Origin: Chiloscyllium plagiosum
Taxonomy: Eukaryota
Assembly (NCBI RefSeq): GCF_004010195.1
Contig: NC_057720.1
Span: 29,727,631 to 29,791,630, forward strand
Reading direction: 5' to 3'
Length of the DNA stretch: 64,000 nt
Below the pieces are notes generated by a model, which saw only the letters and a list, made by a program, of their open reading frames with translations, was not told the origin of the DNA and made no database searches. The position numbers were made by a program, and so were the translations under genes. Within the stretch, counting starts at the first letter, position 1, and each line of letters opens with the position of its first letter. Shown one piece after another: positions 40,080 to 53,373 of this stretch.

Positions 40080-41600
40080 ATCATAAGGAAGCATAACATG
40101 ATGCAGAGGCGGTTTGTTAGGAATATATCAGGGATGGGAGCTTCACTTAGATTGACATATGAAAGAAACTATGTTTGTTCTCCTTCAAGAAGGGAAAGGC
40201 AATGGTATCTGATGGAGGTGTCAAAATTATAGGAAGAGATTTGAGGGAGTCAGATAGAAATGGTTTCCATTGGCAAAGGAATCAGTAACCAAAAAGGCTG
40301 GAGATGTATAATAATTTGCAAAAGAATGAAAGGGAAGATTTGGAGAATTGGACATGTGTTTGAAGAGGATCAATTTGCAGAGTTACAGGAAAGTGCTGAA
40401 GTGTGGAGATTAAGTGCATTGCTCTTATTAAAAAAAATGAGAATAAAATGATAAGCTAAAGGACCTCTTTCTTTGCTAAAATACTCTATTATATCAATTG
40501 ATGGATTTTAATCTGGAACAACTCTCTTTCCTTGGTAAATGTATGGGGCTAAAATGGCTGAACATATGTTTTGAGAAGGATATATGCTTCTGAAAGACAG
40601 TTCCAACTCACAACCTCCAGGTACATTGGACTGATGGCATGAGCCTCTTCTGGAAAGGTCAGGTAACTATTAAGAATACAAATCCTCAACACCCCATCTC
40701 TGAATGCCAGGGATATAGATCTCCACAATTCCTTTCCTGAAGATGTGTGGAAGACATTCTACCCTCTACCTAATATTCTCTCAGGGTCATTATAGCACTT
40801 AAAGCAACCATTCAATTCATTGAGTTCATGACAATTCTCTGCATGGCAATCCAATCAGACTCATTCCACTGCTCTTTTCTGTGGTCTGGTAGGTTTATGT
40901 TCCTCAAGCAAATATTCACTTTATTTTTGAAATCATTCCTCATAGTTCATAATAATCATAGACAGTGCATTTCAGGATATTACCATTCACTGTATAAAAC
41001 ATTTTTCTCACATATTCCCCACAGCGCTTAACCAAAACCTTAAATCTATATTCCCCAGTCCTTATACTAACAATGAATGGGAACACCTTTCTCTTGTCTG
41101 CCTAATCTAAACTTGTCTTAATCTTGGACACCCTCTATTAAATCTCCCTTCAATCTCCTTTATTTTAAGAGACAAACTGAGTTTCTTCAAGTTATCCTTG
41201 GAGCTAAAACCCCTTACCTCTGGATTCAGTCCAGTACATTTCCTCAGCACCCTCTCTGGGATCTTCACCCCTTTTCTAAAGTGTGATAATCGAAACTGGA
41301 CATAACACTCTAATTGTGCACTAACCAAAAATTTATAAAGGTTCACCATAACTTCCTTGGCTTTTGTAGTTACTACTTCTCTTTATGTAATCCCAGATTC
41401 CATATACAGTGCTAATTATACTTAATATACTCTCTCAGTATATCCAGTAGGCATCAAAGTTCTTTGCACATGCTCTCCCAAGTACCATTGTCCCTGCATG
41501 CTCTTTTGAACTGTGCTATTAGGTATCATTGCCACTCCCTCTTCCATCTGCCACTTGTCTGCCTATTCTGCAAGCCTGGTTATATCTTGCAGTCAATCAG
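40080..41600. mobile_element. Old CR1 3' fragments (about 40080-40480 plus, 40790-41600 minus)
   Basis: MQRRFVRNISGM; NLYKFLVSAQLECYVQF..ERVLRKCT. Confidence 0.65.
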
Positions 41601-41825
41601 TATTATTCTCAGTATTTACCACACTATTCGAATGTACTTTTTTCTCCTGCAATAGAGAAAAAAAACAAATCTATGTGTGATTGTAAGGGCATGTGTTCAC
41701 CTATGTATATTTGATGTAAGTAACTATCATCGAGAGGCAACAAATTGCCACAGGATCAGGATGCAATGTAACAGTGGATTGATCCGTAGGTCTATAAGGA
41801 TGTGCATAAAAAGAAAAGTGGGTAT

Positions 41826-42400
41826 AAAAGAACAAAGAACAAAGAACCTTACAGCACAGGAACAGGCACTTCAGCCCTCCAAGCCTGTGCTGATCCAACT
41901 CCACTATCTAAACCTGGCACCTATTTTGTAAGGGTCTGTATTCCTCTGCACCCTGTCCATTCATGTATCTGTCTAGATACATCTTAAATGAAGCTATCGT
42001 GCCTGCCTCTACCACCTCGACTGGCACCCACCGCCCTCTGCGTAAAGAACTTTCCACACAAATCTCCTTTAAATTTTTCCCTTTTCACCTTGAACTCATG
42101 ACTCCAGTAATTGAGCCTCCACGATGGGAAAAAGCTTCTTGTTATCCACCCTGACTATACCTCTCATGATTTTGTAGACCTCAATCAGGTTACCCCTCAA
42201 CCTCCATCTTTATAATGAAAATAATTGTCATCTACTTAACCTGTCTTCATAGCTAGTACCCTTCATACCAGGCAACATCGTGGTGAACCTCCTCTGCACT
42301 CTCCCCAAAGCATCCACATCCTTTTGGTAATGTGGTGACCACAACTTCAACTGTACGCAGTATTCCAGGTAATGTGGTGACCAGAATTGTACGCAATATT
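41826..42400 (-). mobile_element. CR1 3' fragment
   Basis: (AAAGAAC)n tail; minus FTTMLPGM and YCVQ.WSPHY motifs; local duplication of GGTAATGTGGTGACC. Confidence 0.85.
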
Positions 42401-43108
42401 CTATATAATATGAAGGAGGAGCCTCAAGAAGGCAAATTGGGGGCTAAGAGGTGTGTTGATGTGAGGTGCGGGGATGTGCAAAACAGGATGTAGGTGCATT
42501 TGGATCTGTAACCATCTTTCAGATGCTAATTCAGGTCACTACATTGAATCCCTAAGTGTGACACTATGTTCCTTCTGCTGACCTCCTCAGTGACATTCAG
42601 TCATACCTACTTTGTTGTAGCAGCAAGTTACGTTCAGAAATTCATGGGGAAAGTATCTTTCTCTGACGCCTCATTACACCCATCAGTACATCAGTGGCAA
42701 TGTTTGAAGAGCAAAACATATCTTTGTATAGTGGTTATCTCTGAAAAGCCTTCCAACTCTTTCTAATTTTGTCTTTGGCAAATAAATATTTAGGTTGAAG
42801 CCATACTCTAGATTCCCACCAGCCCCACGGCCATACATTCAATTACAAATTAGGGAGTAAAATAATAATGCGGGGTCTGTGTTAAAATACCTCAGACAGA
42901 AATGTAAAGATTCCGATTTTCCCACATGATATTGGAATTCAACATCTCACCTCCCACTACCAATCATGACATCTCCAAATTCACCTCATTATTGGGACCT
43001 GCAATTGTATAGGAGAAAGTGAGGACTGCAGATGCTGGAGATCAGACTCGAGAGACTAGTGCTGGAAAAGCACAGCAGGTCAGGCAGCATCTGAGGGGCA
43101 GGAGAATC

Positions 43109-43136
43109 GATGTTTCAGGCATAAGCCCTTCATCAG
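43109..43136 (-). ncRNA. Minimal hammerhead motif (family A), two CpG transitions, core intact
   Basis: Minus CTGATGA-AGGGCTTATGCCT-GAAAC-ATC. Confidence 0.6.
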
Positions 43137-43155
43137 GAAAGGCTGATGAAGTTTC

Positions 43156-43183
43156 CTGATGAAGGGCTTATGCCCGAAACGTC
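43156..43183 (+). ncRNA. Minimal hammerhead ribozyme motif (family A), consensus core
   Basis: CTGATGA-A-GGGC-TTAT-GCCC-GAAA-CG-TC; palindromic ACGT stem III, GUC site; stem I short (TC/GA). Confidence 0.75.
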
Positions 43184-43752
43184 GATTCTCCTGCTCCTCA
43201 GATGCTGCCTGACCTGCTGTGCTTTACCAGCATCACACTCTCCACTACTACAATTGTATAGCCCTGACAACATTTTAGGGGGTAGAGATGTGGGGGAGTA
43301 CTTCTTAATCTGGTCAACCAGGTTAAAGGTCTGCACAATCATTGAGAATTCATGGGTAATTTTAACTGCGCGCTCTCCCCATGGTTAATCAGATTAAAAT
43401 CCTATCTCGTAATTTTCTCAGGATATTGTAGAGCATCTACAATTGAATTACTTGTTTTTAATTAGCATATCATATTGATTGAACAATAGCTCTTTCTAAT
43501 ATCTCAAGACTGAATAGATATCAATATATCTATTTAAGAAAAAGGTACGTTCAAGAGAATTGATTTGCCTAATTAAGTTGGTTCCTGGGGAATGTTGGTC
43601 TGGTTTGTACAAAGTACATGGCTGCATATGTGCAACCAGTGGCACATACTGAAAAGGGCGTCAGCTATAGGGCATGCATGGAGGCAAGAAATGCAGAATC
43701 TGAGTGACCGTACACACACCACCGCCCCACCCCCCCACCAACTCCCCCACCA

Positions 43753-43781
43753 ACACACGCACACACACACACACACACACA
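43753..43781. repeat. (CA)n microsatellite
   Basis: Directly visible. Confidence 0.9.
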
Positions 43782-46029
43782 GTCTTGCAGCTGCTTGTGT
43801 TGTATTGCACACACTGAGGCAGTTTATTGGCTCTTCCAGGAATTTAGCCTGCCCAAGATATTCCTCATTACACTGCCTCATATTTTCAACAGAAGGAGAT
43901 GTTTCATTGCTAGATGGAGAGAAATTTCTCGATTTTACATTACGTTAACCCGGTGTGGATGTGTTCCTAAATAACTCGCATTTCATTTTGCCTGTTTCAT
44001 TAATAGCAAATGTAGTTGAGATTTTAAAGATAAAGCTTTTACAGTTTAAAAAGAAAGAGGCTTTTCAAATATTCTTTTACAAAATTAAATAATTTCATTT
44101 CATAATTAAATGAGATGACAATATTAGTTTGATTTTATAGTCATTGCTATAACAATTAGATTTTTTATGATAGTCTAACAGAAATAGTGACTACTGCTTT
44201 GATTTAAAAAAGTGAAGTAACAATATTGAAATAGATCCTTTCTAACTTTATAAATAGTAAGTACTGTTTCCTTCTTTCTGATGCTTCTGTGGCCACAGTG
44301 ATGACACACCATCTTTCAGGTCCTGTCATTAAAACTACAGCCCCAAGTGTTTATTTTGCCTTTAAAAAGAAAGCTTTTAAATAGCATAACCATCCTGCCA
44401 GGACCCTGAGGAATCTAGTCCACCTGTTAGGGCCAAGAACAATGTAGGCCAAATTGTTTGTCACTCAAGAGAATATCAGACATCTGTGTAGTGAAACTAG
44501 GGTCCTGCCTGTACAAACAGCCAGTTCCCCCACACACACCCCTCAGGCCAATGTTTACAGTCCTTCCCCCTTCTCTCTTTTCTCTGCCAATCACGTGATG
44601 TACTCCTCATCAGGACAATTACTAAAACAAATCAATCTTCTTCTGACACTTCATTTACCCTGAATTAATTTGGAATTAGAAGCCATCATGGCAATTGGCA
44701 GCTGCTAATATTCCCAATTCAACAAAGCCATCAGTTAGTATATCAGTTGGGGGAGTGGGGGTCAGAGGGGTGTTAGTCAAGAGATAGCATACCGATTGAG
44801 ATGTTCGGCTGAATCAGTGATTTATCTCACATTATCCCAGTCTTCACCACTTTGCAGGAATATAGTTGCTCTGTATAGATTTGGTTTCCTATGGACAGTT
44901 CACTGCTGTGCTCAGTGAAATTGTGTTCTGCTCATTACTCTTTAGAAAAATAATTGTTGCTAATAGTCTTTTTATTTTGGCTTCTGCTTTTACTTTATTT
45001 CGGAAGATACTTAATGTCCATCTGCTATAGATCCCCTTCCCACCTTGCTGTCAAGGGAATATATCATTTTCTATCCAAGTAACGAGGTAATTAGCCAGTC
45101 TTTAGGTGTCTCTCAGATTGACAGAGGAGTGGAACAGACGGAAGAGTGTTGCTTCAGTCTCTTACTTTAACTCTTGCCTTTCAGAGAAACAACTGTCCTT
45201 CATGATGAATCTTTCACAAGTGGATTGATAGATATTGGAAATGCATCAGGGAGGAATATCTGATGTAAGTACCCAGTTCTTTCCTTCTACATGGGTTAAT
45301 CCAGTTGTAGACCTAAATGCAACATATCTGTTCCATTATAATAAAAAAAAGGACATGGGGAATTGGAGAGGAGTTTGATGGTTTGGGGAGGTGTTGGGGC
45401 CACGTGTAGTTTCTAGAAGACTGTCAGGTTTATCAAATGTTTTCCATGTTGTAGGGCAATCTTTAGATCAGAAGACATTTTGTGGACTTCTAGATAACTA
45501 ATAACTGGGTGTAGTTAAACCATTGGAGCACATCAGAAAGAAAATCACTGATACTAATAACCCTGACAGTGTAGTCAGTGACAGAAGTGATTAATGAGTT
45601 TTAAATGAGACCCTGAAAAGCAAGAATATTACTATTGAGTCAAAGCCAATGCTATTCACAGACTAAGCAAGTATATTGCCTTGCACATTGATCTCCACCA
45701 GAAACAAGCATAAAATAAACAGGACCCTTTTCATTGTTCTTCACTATACTCTTTTTTTCTATTTCATCTTCTAATTCTCATTTACTTATTAAATATTTTC
45801 TCTCTAACTCTTAGTTTTCTTTACTTATTTCACCCATTGTCCTCTCACCTCTACCCTTCCTGTCCCCAACATCCCACTGGACATCTCACAGTTTGTTCTT
45901 CCTAACCAAACTATGGGTATACTACCTCCAGCAGACTGTAGCAGTTCAAGAAAACAACTCACCACCAGCTTCCCAAGAGCATATGGCTACAAAAGAAGGT
46001 CAGAGATTTGGAATTCTGTAACGAATAAC

Positions 46030-46572
46030 TCCATTCCCTCCCCAGTCCCTGTCCATCATCTACAAGGCACAATCGTGAGTGTGATGGAATACTCTCCACT
46101 TACTTGAATGGGTATGAATCAATAATACTCAAAAAGCTTGACACCATCCAGGACAGACTGCCTGCTTGACTATTACCACACTCAGCGGCTTCAACATTCA
46201 CTTCCTTCGTCACTGATGTTGTATGTACCATTGACAAGAAGCACTGCAACAACTCATAAATGCTTCTTAGACAGGACCTTCCAAACCCAAGATCTCTACC
46301 ATCAAAAAGGACAAGAACAGTAAAGACATGGGAACACCATCATCTACAAATTCTCCTCTGAGGCATGCACTATCCTTGACCTGGAACTACATTCCCATAC
46401 TTTCATGATGATTGAGTCAAAATCCTGGAACTCACTTCCTAACAGCACTGTGGGTGATCTAACCCCATCGGATAATGAAGAAGGTGGCGCACCACCACTT
46501 TCTCAGGGACAGTTAGGGAAGGACAGAAAGTGCTGGCCTAGCTAGCAATGGTCATTTCCTATGAACAAATAC
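46030..46572 (+). mobile_element. L2/CR1-group LINE 3' end
   Basis: IYKAQ..SVMEYSPL, SWNSLPNSTV motifs; 3' tail shared with the SINE at 28605. Confidence 0.7.
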
Positions 46573-47071
46573 ATTTTTAACAAAGCACATTCAAGAAATC
46601 GAAGCCAATCTGCTGTTCTCCATGGAATCTAATGATTTTTCTTCTTGCACTGCTCGTTCCTTCTGATGAAAACTGACTCTTCAGTTTCCAAATACGGCCA
46701 GTGTTGGTCACAAGACAGGTAGAGAATAGGGGAGTGCAGTCATGAAGGTGAACCTGGATATTCCAGAGATCCTGCTGCATTTAACAGCAGGAACTCATTT
46801 TCTTTTTGATTTCCTCCCCTACCTGTCAGCTAGTCAGTTTGATAGCCTGGCTGATGGCTGGAAGGGAAGACCAGTGATAAGTTGTTATCAGCAGGAACCA
46901 CTGGGGTACTGTGAAACAAAGGTAAATCTTAGAAGCACCTTGCTTCAAAAGCACAAAGAATTTAACGCAAGTAGAAGTTTGTTCTTTCATTTTTTTTCTT
47001 GATAAAGGCATTGTCATGGACTGGGCCAAATAGAACCAAGTGTTTGATCAAATGAAATAGGATTGACATAA

Positions 47072-47420
47072 TCAGGGGCATGGATAGGGTAAATAGACAA
47101 AGTCTTTTCCATGGGCTGGCTGAGTCCAGACTAAAGGGCATAGGCTTAGGGTGAGAAGGAAAAAGTTTAAAAGGGACCTAAGGGGCAACCTTTTCACTCA
47201 AAGTTGTGCGTGTATGGAATGAACTATGAGAAGAAGTGATGGAGGCTGCTACAATTACAACATTTAAAAGGCATCTGGATGGATGGGTATCAGAATAGGA
47301 ACGGTTTGGAGGGATGTGGGCCAACTGCCGGGGAAAGATTAGTTTCAGATATCTGGTCGGCATGGACAAGTTGGACTGAAGGGTCTGTTTCCGTGCTGTA
47401 CATGTCTTTGACTCTATGAC
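47072..47420 (+). mobile_element. CR1 (HER1-like) 3' end
   Basis: Matches 10195-10546. Confidence 0.9.
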
Positions 47421-47426
47421 AATATT

Positions 47427-47654
47427 CATGGTTTAGAGATGCTGGTGTTGGCCTGGGGTGTACAAAGTTAAAAATCATACACAACACCAGGTTATAGTCC
47501 AATAGGTTTAATTGGAAGCACACTAGCTTTCAGAGCATCGCTCCTTCGTCAGCTGGTAGCCACTACCACCTGATGAAGGAGCGACGCTCCAAAAGCTAGT
47601 GTGTTTCCAATTAAACCTGTTGGACTATAACCTGGTGTTGTGTGATTTTTAACT
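47427..47654. mobile_element. Palindromic PLE family B mini-element with HHRs at 47524-47552 (-) and 47570-47598 (+)
   Basis: Arms 47466-47559 / 47563-47654 with a 3-nt loop; minus CTGACGA-AGGAGCGATGCTCT-GAAAGCTA intact; plus copy has GAAA changed to AAAA; no clear TSD. Confidence 0.88.
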
Positions 47655-48326
47655 GTAACAGTATGACTTTATCAGCATACTTTAACTTTAAAGCATTTGG
47701 AGCAACATTATGGTACAAATCAATCCACCAAGATACAGACTGCAGGATGTAAGGTTAAACCTAAACTCTGTAAATTTCCAGTCTTAGTCCAACTACATTT
47801 CCTCTATAGGACTGATGGACTTAAGAATTAAACTAAGAAGACAAAATGATAAGTCATGTGTGCATGCTTTAGACAAACCTAAGGCTTGAATTCACAGAAA
47901 TCTGATTTCCTTCATGTATCTGGGAATGACAATCAGTTTGTAGGCGGAAGTTATAAATCTAGAAGAAAAAAACGCTCTTAAAGCTGTGAAAACTAGAATT
48001 ATAGGCTTTGAGTGGCCAAAATAAATTGTCTTCCTTTGAACACAAGTGTATATTCACTACTGCAAATCTATTAAATACAATTGATTTTATTTTTAAAAGT
48101 CCTATACTGAAACAAATATGTCAAACGCTGTGGTGTCATCTCTAACCTGTAATATTTGATCATAGAACAAAATGACCACCCAGCCCTTCAAGCCTACTCT
48201 GCTATTCAGAAAGATCACACCCATCTGAGCTTGTTCTCAACTCCACATCCCAATCTGTTCCCAAAACCCTTGACTTCCCTATTGTTCAAGAATCTATCTA
48301 CAGGTCTCTTAGCCTTGAATAATGGA

Positions 48327-48630
48327 AGCCATGATATGGAGGTGCTGGTGTCGGACTGGGGTGGACAGGTCAGAAGTCACATGGCACCAGATTACAGTCC
48401 AACAGGTTTATTTGAAATCACAAGTTTTTGGAGCGCTGCTCCTTCATCAGATGAAGTGGTGGCGAGTGGACAGGCACAGAATTGATATGCAGATATAAAT
48501 CTCTCTGCATTTAAATTCTGTGCCTGTCCACTTCCCTCCACTTCACCTGATGAGGAAGCAGTGCTTCCAAAAGCTTGTGATTTCAAAGAAACTTGTTGGG
48601 CTATAACCTGGTGTTGTGTGACTTTTGACT
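48327..48630. mobile_element. Palindromic PLE family B mini-element inside an old CR1 (about 48160-48840, minus)
   Basis: Arms about 48375-48483 / 48514-48625; decayed HHRs at 48422-48450 (-) and 48547-48576 (+); exact 12-bp TSD TTGAATAATGGA (48315-48326, 48631-48642). Confidence 0.88.
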
Positions 48631-50413
48631 TTGAATAATGGAGCTTTCACAGCTCTCTGGGGTAGACAATTCCAACTATTCACAACTTTCTGAGAAAAGA
48701 GATTACACTCAATCTCCATCTTCAATCAGTGATTCCTTATTCTGAAATTCTGTCCCCCATCCTCAATTTACCTACCAATGGAAACATCATCTGAGCCTTT
48801 ATCCTATTGAGCCTCCTCAAAATTTTAATGTTTCAGTAAGGAGCATTGTCTGGCCTTCCCAGAGCACTAAGAAAGGCATGAAATGTACTTAATCGGGTGG
48901 GAGACCAAAATTCCTGACAGAAGGCTAAAGTTTGGTATTAGGTTCTCGGACACTAACTGACCATGATGGTTAGGAAACTCTATTACATTTGTTAATGTGC
49001 AATGAATGCTCATTAAAATCCTGCCCACTGGAATTAAGCTCACAGTCACAATCCTGTTTGGGAAAAGTGAGATGTGTGTTCACAAACCTGACCATATATG
49101 TCAGGAATGTCCCTGTCACTGTAACTTTCTTCCTGGAAACTCTGGTGGCTGTACACTCTTCAGTCGCCTGAGTCCTTCATAATGACATCAGTTCTTTGCT
49201 TGTACTATATCAGTGTAGGGACCATAGCGTGCCTGGTTCACCCAGCTCAGGAGAAGTTTCATTCATAACTGTTCTCCCAAGACCTTGTTGCTATCAATCA
49301 TTTATTCTGTAAGATCCAGCTTGCGTGTCTGACCTAATTTGCCTAAGGCAGGCAGTCACACTCCTTAACATGAAACAATCTGTCTAGAGTAGGAATGTGG
49401 AACTCAACATATAAATTAACATAAGAGGATCATGTGGAGTGGAGGTGGGCAACTGGGAGGCGAGAGTCATAGACATAGGGACAGCTGGGACAAGGAAGGG
49501 TTGGAGCTGCCTATTAAAAGTGGGAACATAAAGTGACCATGAGATATGCTGATGAGGGTGAAGGAGCCGATGAATTGAGTAATGGGGGATACAAGACAAA
49601 GGGTGAACATGGAGAACTAGATGGGTGCAGACACAGGGGGAAGTTCAGGAAGTTAAGTAAAATTGGGAGAATTAAAATATCACAGAAGGGATTCCAAAGA
49701 TGCGGAGAAGAGTGTAGGTTATAGGGGCAGGGTTCAGAGAGGAGGACTGAAAAGAAAAATTCATACAGACCATTGCTCTCTTCAGGCCAGTCAAATAAGA
49801 GTACCCTGCTGAGAATGCACAGTAGAAATGGGAGGGAACTGAGATATGGTTCAAAGTGTTCTTGCATAGCTCAACCGGCAAATTCAAAGCAGAAATAAAA
49901 GAAATGATTCCATGAAAACCCCATTAAGGAGTTTATGCTGAAACAAGCAGTCACTATGGCAGAAAAGTCAACAAACTCTGGCTGCTAATAACACCAACAT
50001 CCCAATCAGATCATGCAATGCACTGAACTCTGAACTAAAGGGCATGGTGCTGGTGGAAACGGAAATATTGGTCTATGTGAAGCTGTGCCGAAGCCATCAT
50101 TGGCCCTGCTATTTGAAACTTGTGGACGCAAGGATAAAGCTGTTAGATATGCTACTGATTCCAAAGTTGCAGGCGTGTGTTGCAGGTGATAGTAAAGGCT
50201 ACAGGATTCAGACTGAGCTCTATTTGCTGTAATACTCAAAGCTATGCATTTCTTGCATATGATTGAATGAGGAAAAGAGTGAGCAATCATGGGTTATACA
50301 GGCTGTTGAAGTGGCTGCAAAGAAGGCTTTTGTTTAAGGTTAGGTTAACTAGAGCAATCATTAAGGTATCGAACTCAATATTCAACCATGATCATAATGA
50401 ATGGCGGAGCAGG

Positions 50414-50755
50414 CGGTAGGGTGACTCAGTGTTAAGCACTGCTGCCTCACATCACCAGGGACCCGGATTTGATTCTCGTCTTGGGACACCATCTGCGTGG
50501 AATTTGCAAGGTCTTCCTGTGTCTGTATGGGTTTCTGCCACATGCTCCAGTTTCCTCCCACAGTCCAAAGATGTGCAGGTTAGGTAGATTGGCCATGTTC
50601 AATTCTCTGTAATATCCAGGGCAGTGCCGGTTAGGTGGATTAGACAGGGGAAAAATGGGTTTCAGGGTGGGGGTGGTCTGGGTGGGATGTGCTTTGGAAG
50701 GTCAGTGCAGACTTGATGGGCCGCACGGCCTCTTCTGCACTGTAGGGAGTCTATG
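50414..50755 (+). mobile_element. Older V-SINE copy
   Basis: tRNA-like head, TTTCCTCCCACAGTCCAAAGATGTGCAGG V-domain, CR1-like tail. Confidence 0.85.
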
Positions 50756-50905
50756 AGCAGGCTTCAGAGGTCGAATGGCCTGCTCATATTCCTACCGTAT
50801 ATGTTTCAATGACAAGTTCTCAAAAGGAAACTAAACATCTTTTTCTTATTTGTTTACAGATCCTTACTTGATGCAAAATCTTTGGCCTGATAAAGCCTCA
50901 AAAGT

Positions 50906-51060
50906 AACGAGGTAAAAACAATGACTGCAGATGCTGGAAACCAGATTTTGGATTAGTGGTGCTGGAAGAGCACAGCAGTTCAGGCAGCATCCAAGGAGCT
51001 TCGAAATCGACGTTTCGGGCAAAAGCCCTTCATCAGGAATAAAGGCAGTGAGCCTGCCTT
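50906..51060 (-). mobile_element. PLE family A terminus
   Basis: Near-identical to 58-156; ends in a short fold-back AAGGCAG-TGAGC-CTGCCTT. Confidence 0.85.
51009..51036 (-). ncRNA. Minimal hammerhead ribozyme motif (family A), consensus core
   Basis: Minus CTGATGA-A-GGGC-TTTT-GCCC-GAAA-CG-TC. Confidence 0.75.
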
Positions 51061-51242
51061 ACCATTAACTGTATAGGTTCTGCTCTTGTTCGTCTTACCA
51101 AAATGTTACCTCACATTTATTCAAACTAAATTGCACCAACTACAATTGGCCCAATTAATCAGGTTCACTTTGTAATCTTAGATAACCTTCTTCACTGTCC
51201 ACGATACCACCAATTTTGGTGTCATTTACAAACTTACTAACC

Positions 51243-52598
51243 TTGGATGTAGATTTGCTCGCTGTGCTGGAAGGTCCATTTACAGACGCTTCATCAACAT
51301 ACTCGGTAACATAATCAGTGAGCCTTTGGATGAAGCCCTGCTGGCATGGCCCACTTTCTGTTATGTGTTTAGGTTTCCTTGAGTTGGTGATGTCATTTCT
51401 TATGCTGACATAATTTCCTTTTTTTTCTCAGGAGGTAGTAAATGGGATCCAAGTCAAGGTGTTTGTTGACAGAGTTCTGGTTGGAATACCATGCTTCTAG
51501 GAATTCTCGTGGGTGTCTCTGTTTGGCTTGTCCTAGGATGGATGTGTTGTCCCAGTCAAAGTAGTGTCCTTCGCCATCTATATGTAAGGATACTAGTGAG
51601 AGTGAGTTATGTATTTTTGTAGCTAGTTGACGTTCATGTATCCTGGTGGCTAGTTTTCTGCCCTATTGTCCAATATAGTGTTTGTTACAGTTCTTGCAAG
51701 GTATTTTGTAAGTGACATTAGTTTTGTTTGTTATCTGTATAGGATCTTTCAAGTTCATTAGCAGCTGTTTTAGTGCATTACCATGATGCCAAGAGTTCAT
51801 TGGGTACCCATTCTTTTTGAATACACTGTGTAGGTCATTTTCCTCTGCTCTGCGTGTGTCCTCTGTGCTGCAGTGTGTGGTGGTACCCAATGAACACAGT
51901 CCACTGATTTCTCAGCAACAAACCTAACAAGCAGACAAAACATGTCCAGAAACCCTAGCCATTGTCCACTACATCAAATACATCTCAGAAATGACTGCCA
52001 GACTACTCAGACCTCATGGCATCACTACAACACACTAAAACAGCAGCTAATGAACTTGAAAGACCCTATACAGACAACAAGCAAAACTAATGTCATTTGC
52101 AAAATACCTTGCAAGAACTGTAACAAACACTACATTGGACAAACAGGCAGAAAACTAGCCACCAGGAGAAATGAACATCAACTAGCCACAAAAGGACATG
52201 ACGCACTCGTATCCTTATATATGGATGAGGAAGGACACCACTTGAACTGGGACAGTACATCCATCCTAGGACAAGCCAAACAGAGACATGCACAAGAACT
52301 CCTAGAAGCATGGCATTCCAACAGGAGATCTATCAACAAACACATTGACTTGGATCTCATGTACCACCCCCGAGAAAAGAACAAGAAATGACATCACCAC
52401 AGGAAATGACATCACCAACCCAAGGAAACCTAAACACATAAACAGAAAGTGGGCCATGCCAGCAGGGCTTCATCCAAAGGCTCACTGATGATGCTACCTC
52501 GTAGGGTGACAAAACATCTGAAAATGAACCTTGCAGCTCAGTGATCAAATCTACAACCAGAACCTCAACCTGAGCTACAAATCGTCTCAAAAATCGCC
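51243..52598. mobile_element. Fold-back Penelope/Poseidon-like PLE 3' end (family E), GIY-YIG on both arms
   Basis: NV..KIPCKNCNKHYIGQ on minus (51663-51890) and plus (51942-52391, continuing TGRKLATRRNEH); inversion point near 51882; decayed HHRs at about 51285-51318 (-) and 52485-52518 (+); exact 12-bp TSD AACTTACTAACC (51231-51242, 52599-52610). Confidence 0.92.
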
Positions 52599-53373
52599 AA
52601 CTTACTAACCATATTTTAATGCAGCCATCTCATTAGAAGTCCCCTAATATGGTCTTGTTTTCTCACCTTGCCTTCACTGGGAAGTTTCAGGGAATTTAAG
52701 AAACTCATGACGTGCTTTTGAATTTAAAAATCAGTTAAAATATCAGTCTGATTTTGCTATTAGCATATGTTACTATCCAACCCACCTTTCTTAAGAGATC
52801 TGATGCAAGTAGCCTAATGACTTATGATTAAAGCAAGAAGCAGTGCCTGAAATCCATAGGTGGCTAAACAGAGTAGATAGGGAGAAATTGTTTCTATTGG
52901 ATAAAAGATTGAGAATTAAAGAACACCAAAATAAGATGAGTGGCAAAGAAACCAAAGAAGATATGAGGAAACAACATTTTTTAGTCAGCATGCTATTGAG
53001 ATTCAATCATGGCTTTCAAAAGAAAACAGTGTAGTTATCCAAAGATAAAACATTTTCAGTGTTATGGAGAAAAAATGAGGACATGGGATTAATTGAAATG
53101 TTTTTGCAGAAAACCAGCATGAACAAAACAAGAAAAATGGCTTCCTTCTCTCCCGTAACTATTTTATGAGTCTTCGTTGGTGGGCTATTGTAATTTCCCA
53201 ATGCATTCACAGCTTTTCAATCAGCATCCGCATCCAAGTCCATGCGCTCATTCAGGTTAAAATTCCACCCAGTATACTTTGTTCGCAATAGTTGTTCACA
53301 TAAAGTTATATTATTTTCCAAAACTCTCAAGATATGCCTAGAACTTCCCGTAGGTGAACATATTTACCTCACA

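Larger units (their letters stand above)
43013..43250. mobile_element. Palindromic PLE family A mini-element with two divergent HHRs
   Basis: Arms about 43059-43140 / 43152-43233; exact 11-bp TSD CAATTGTATAG (43002-43012, 43251-43261). Confidence 0.9.

Noticed and set aside
43513..43534. 9-bp AT-rich hairpin AATAGATAT-CAAT-ATATCTATT
   Set aside because: Expected by chance in AT-rich DNA
50860..50903. Possible 44-bp exon (TTTACAG ... GTAACG), one frame open
   Set aside because: Donor coincides with the PLE insertion edge; peptide unrecognised; no partner exons
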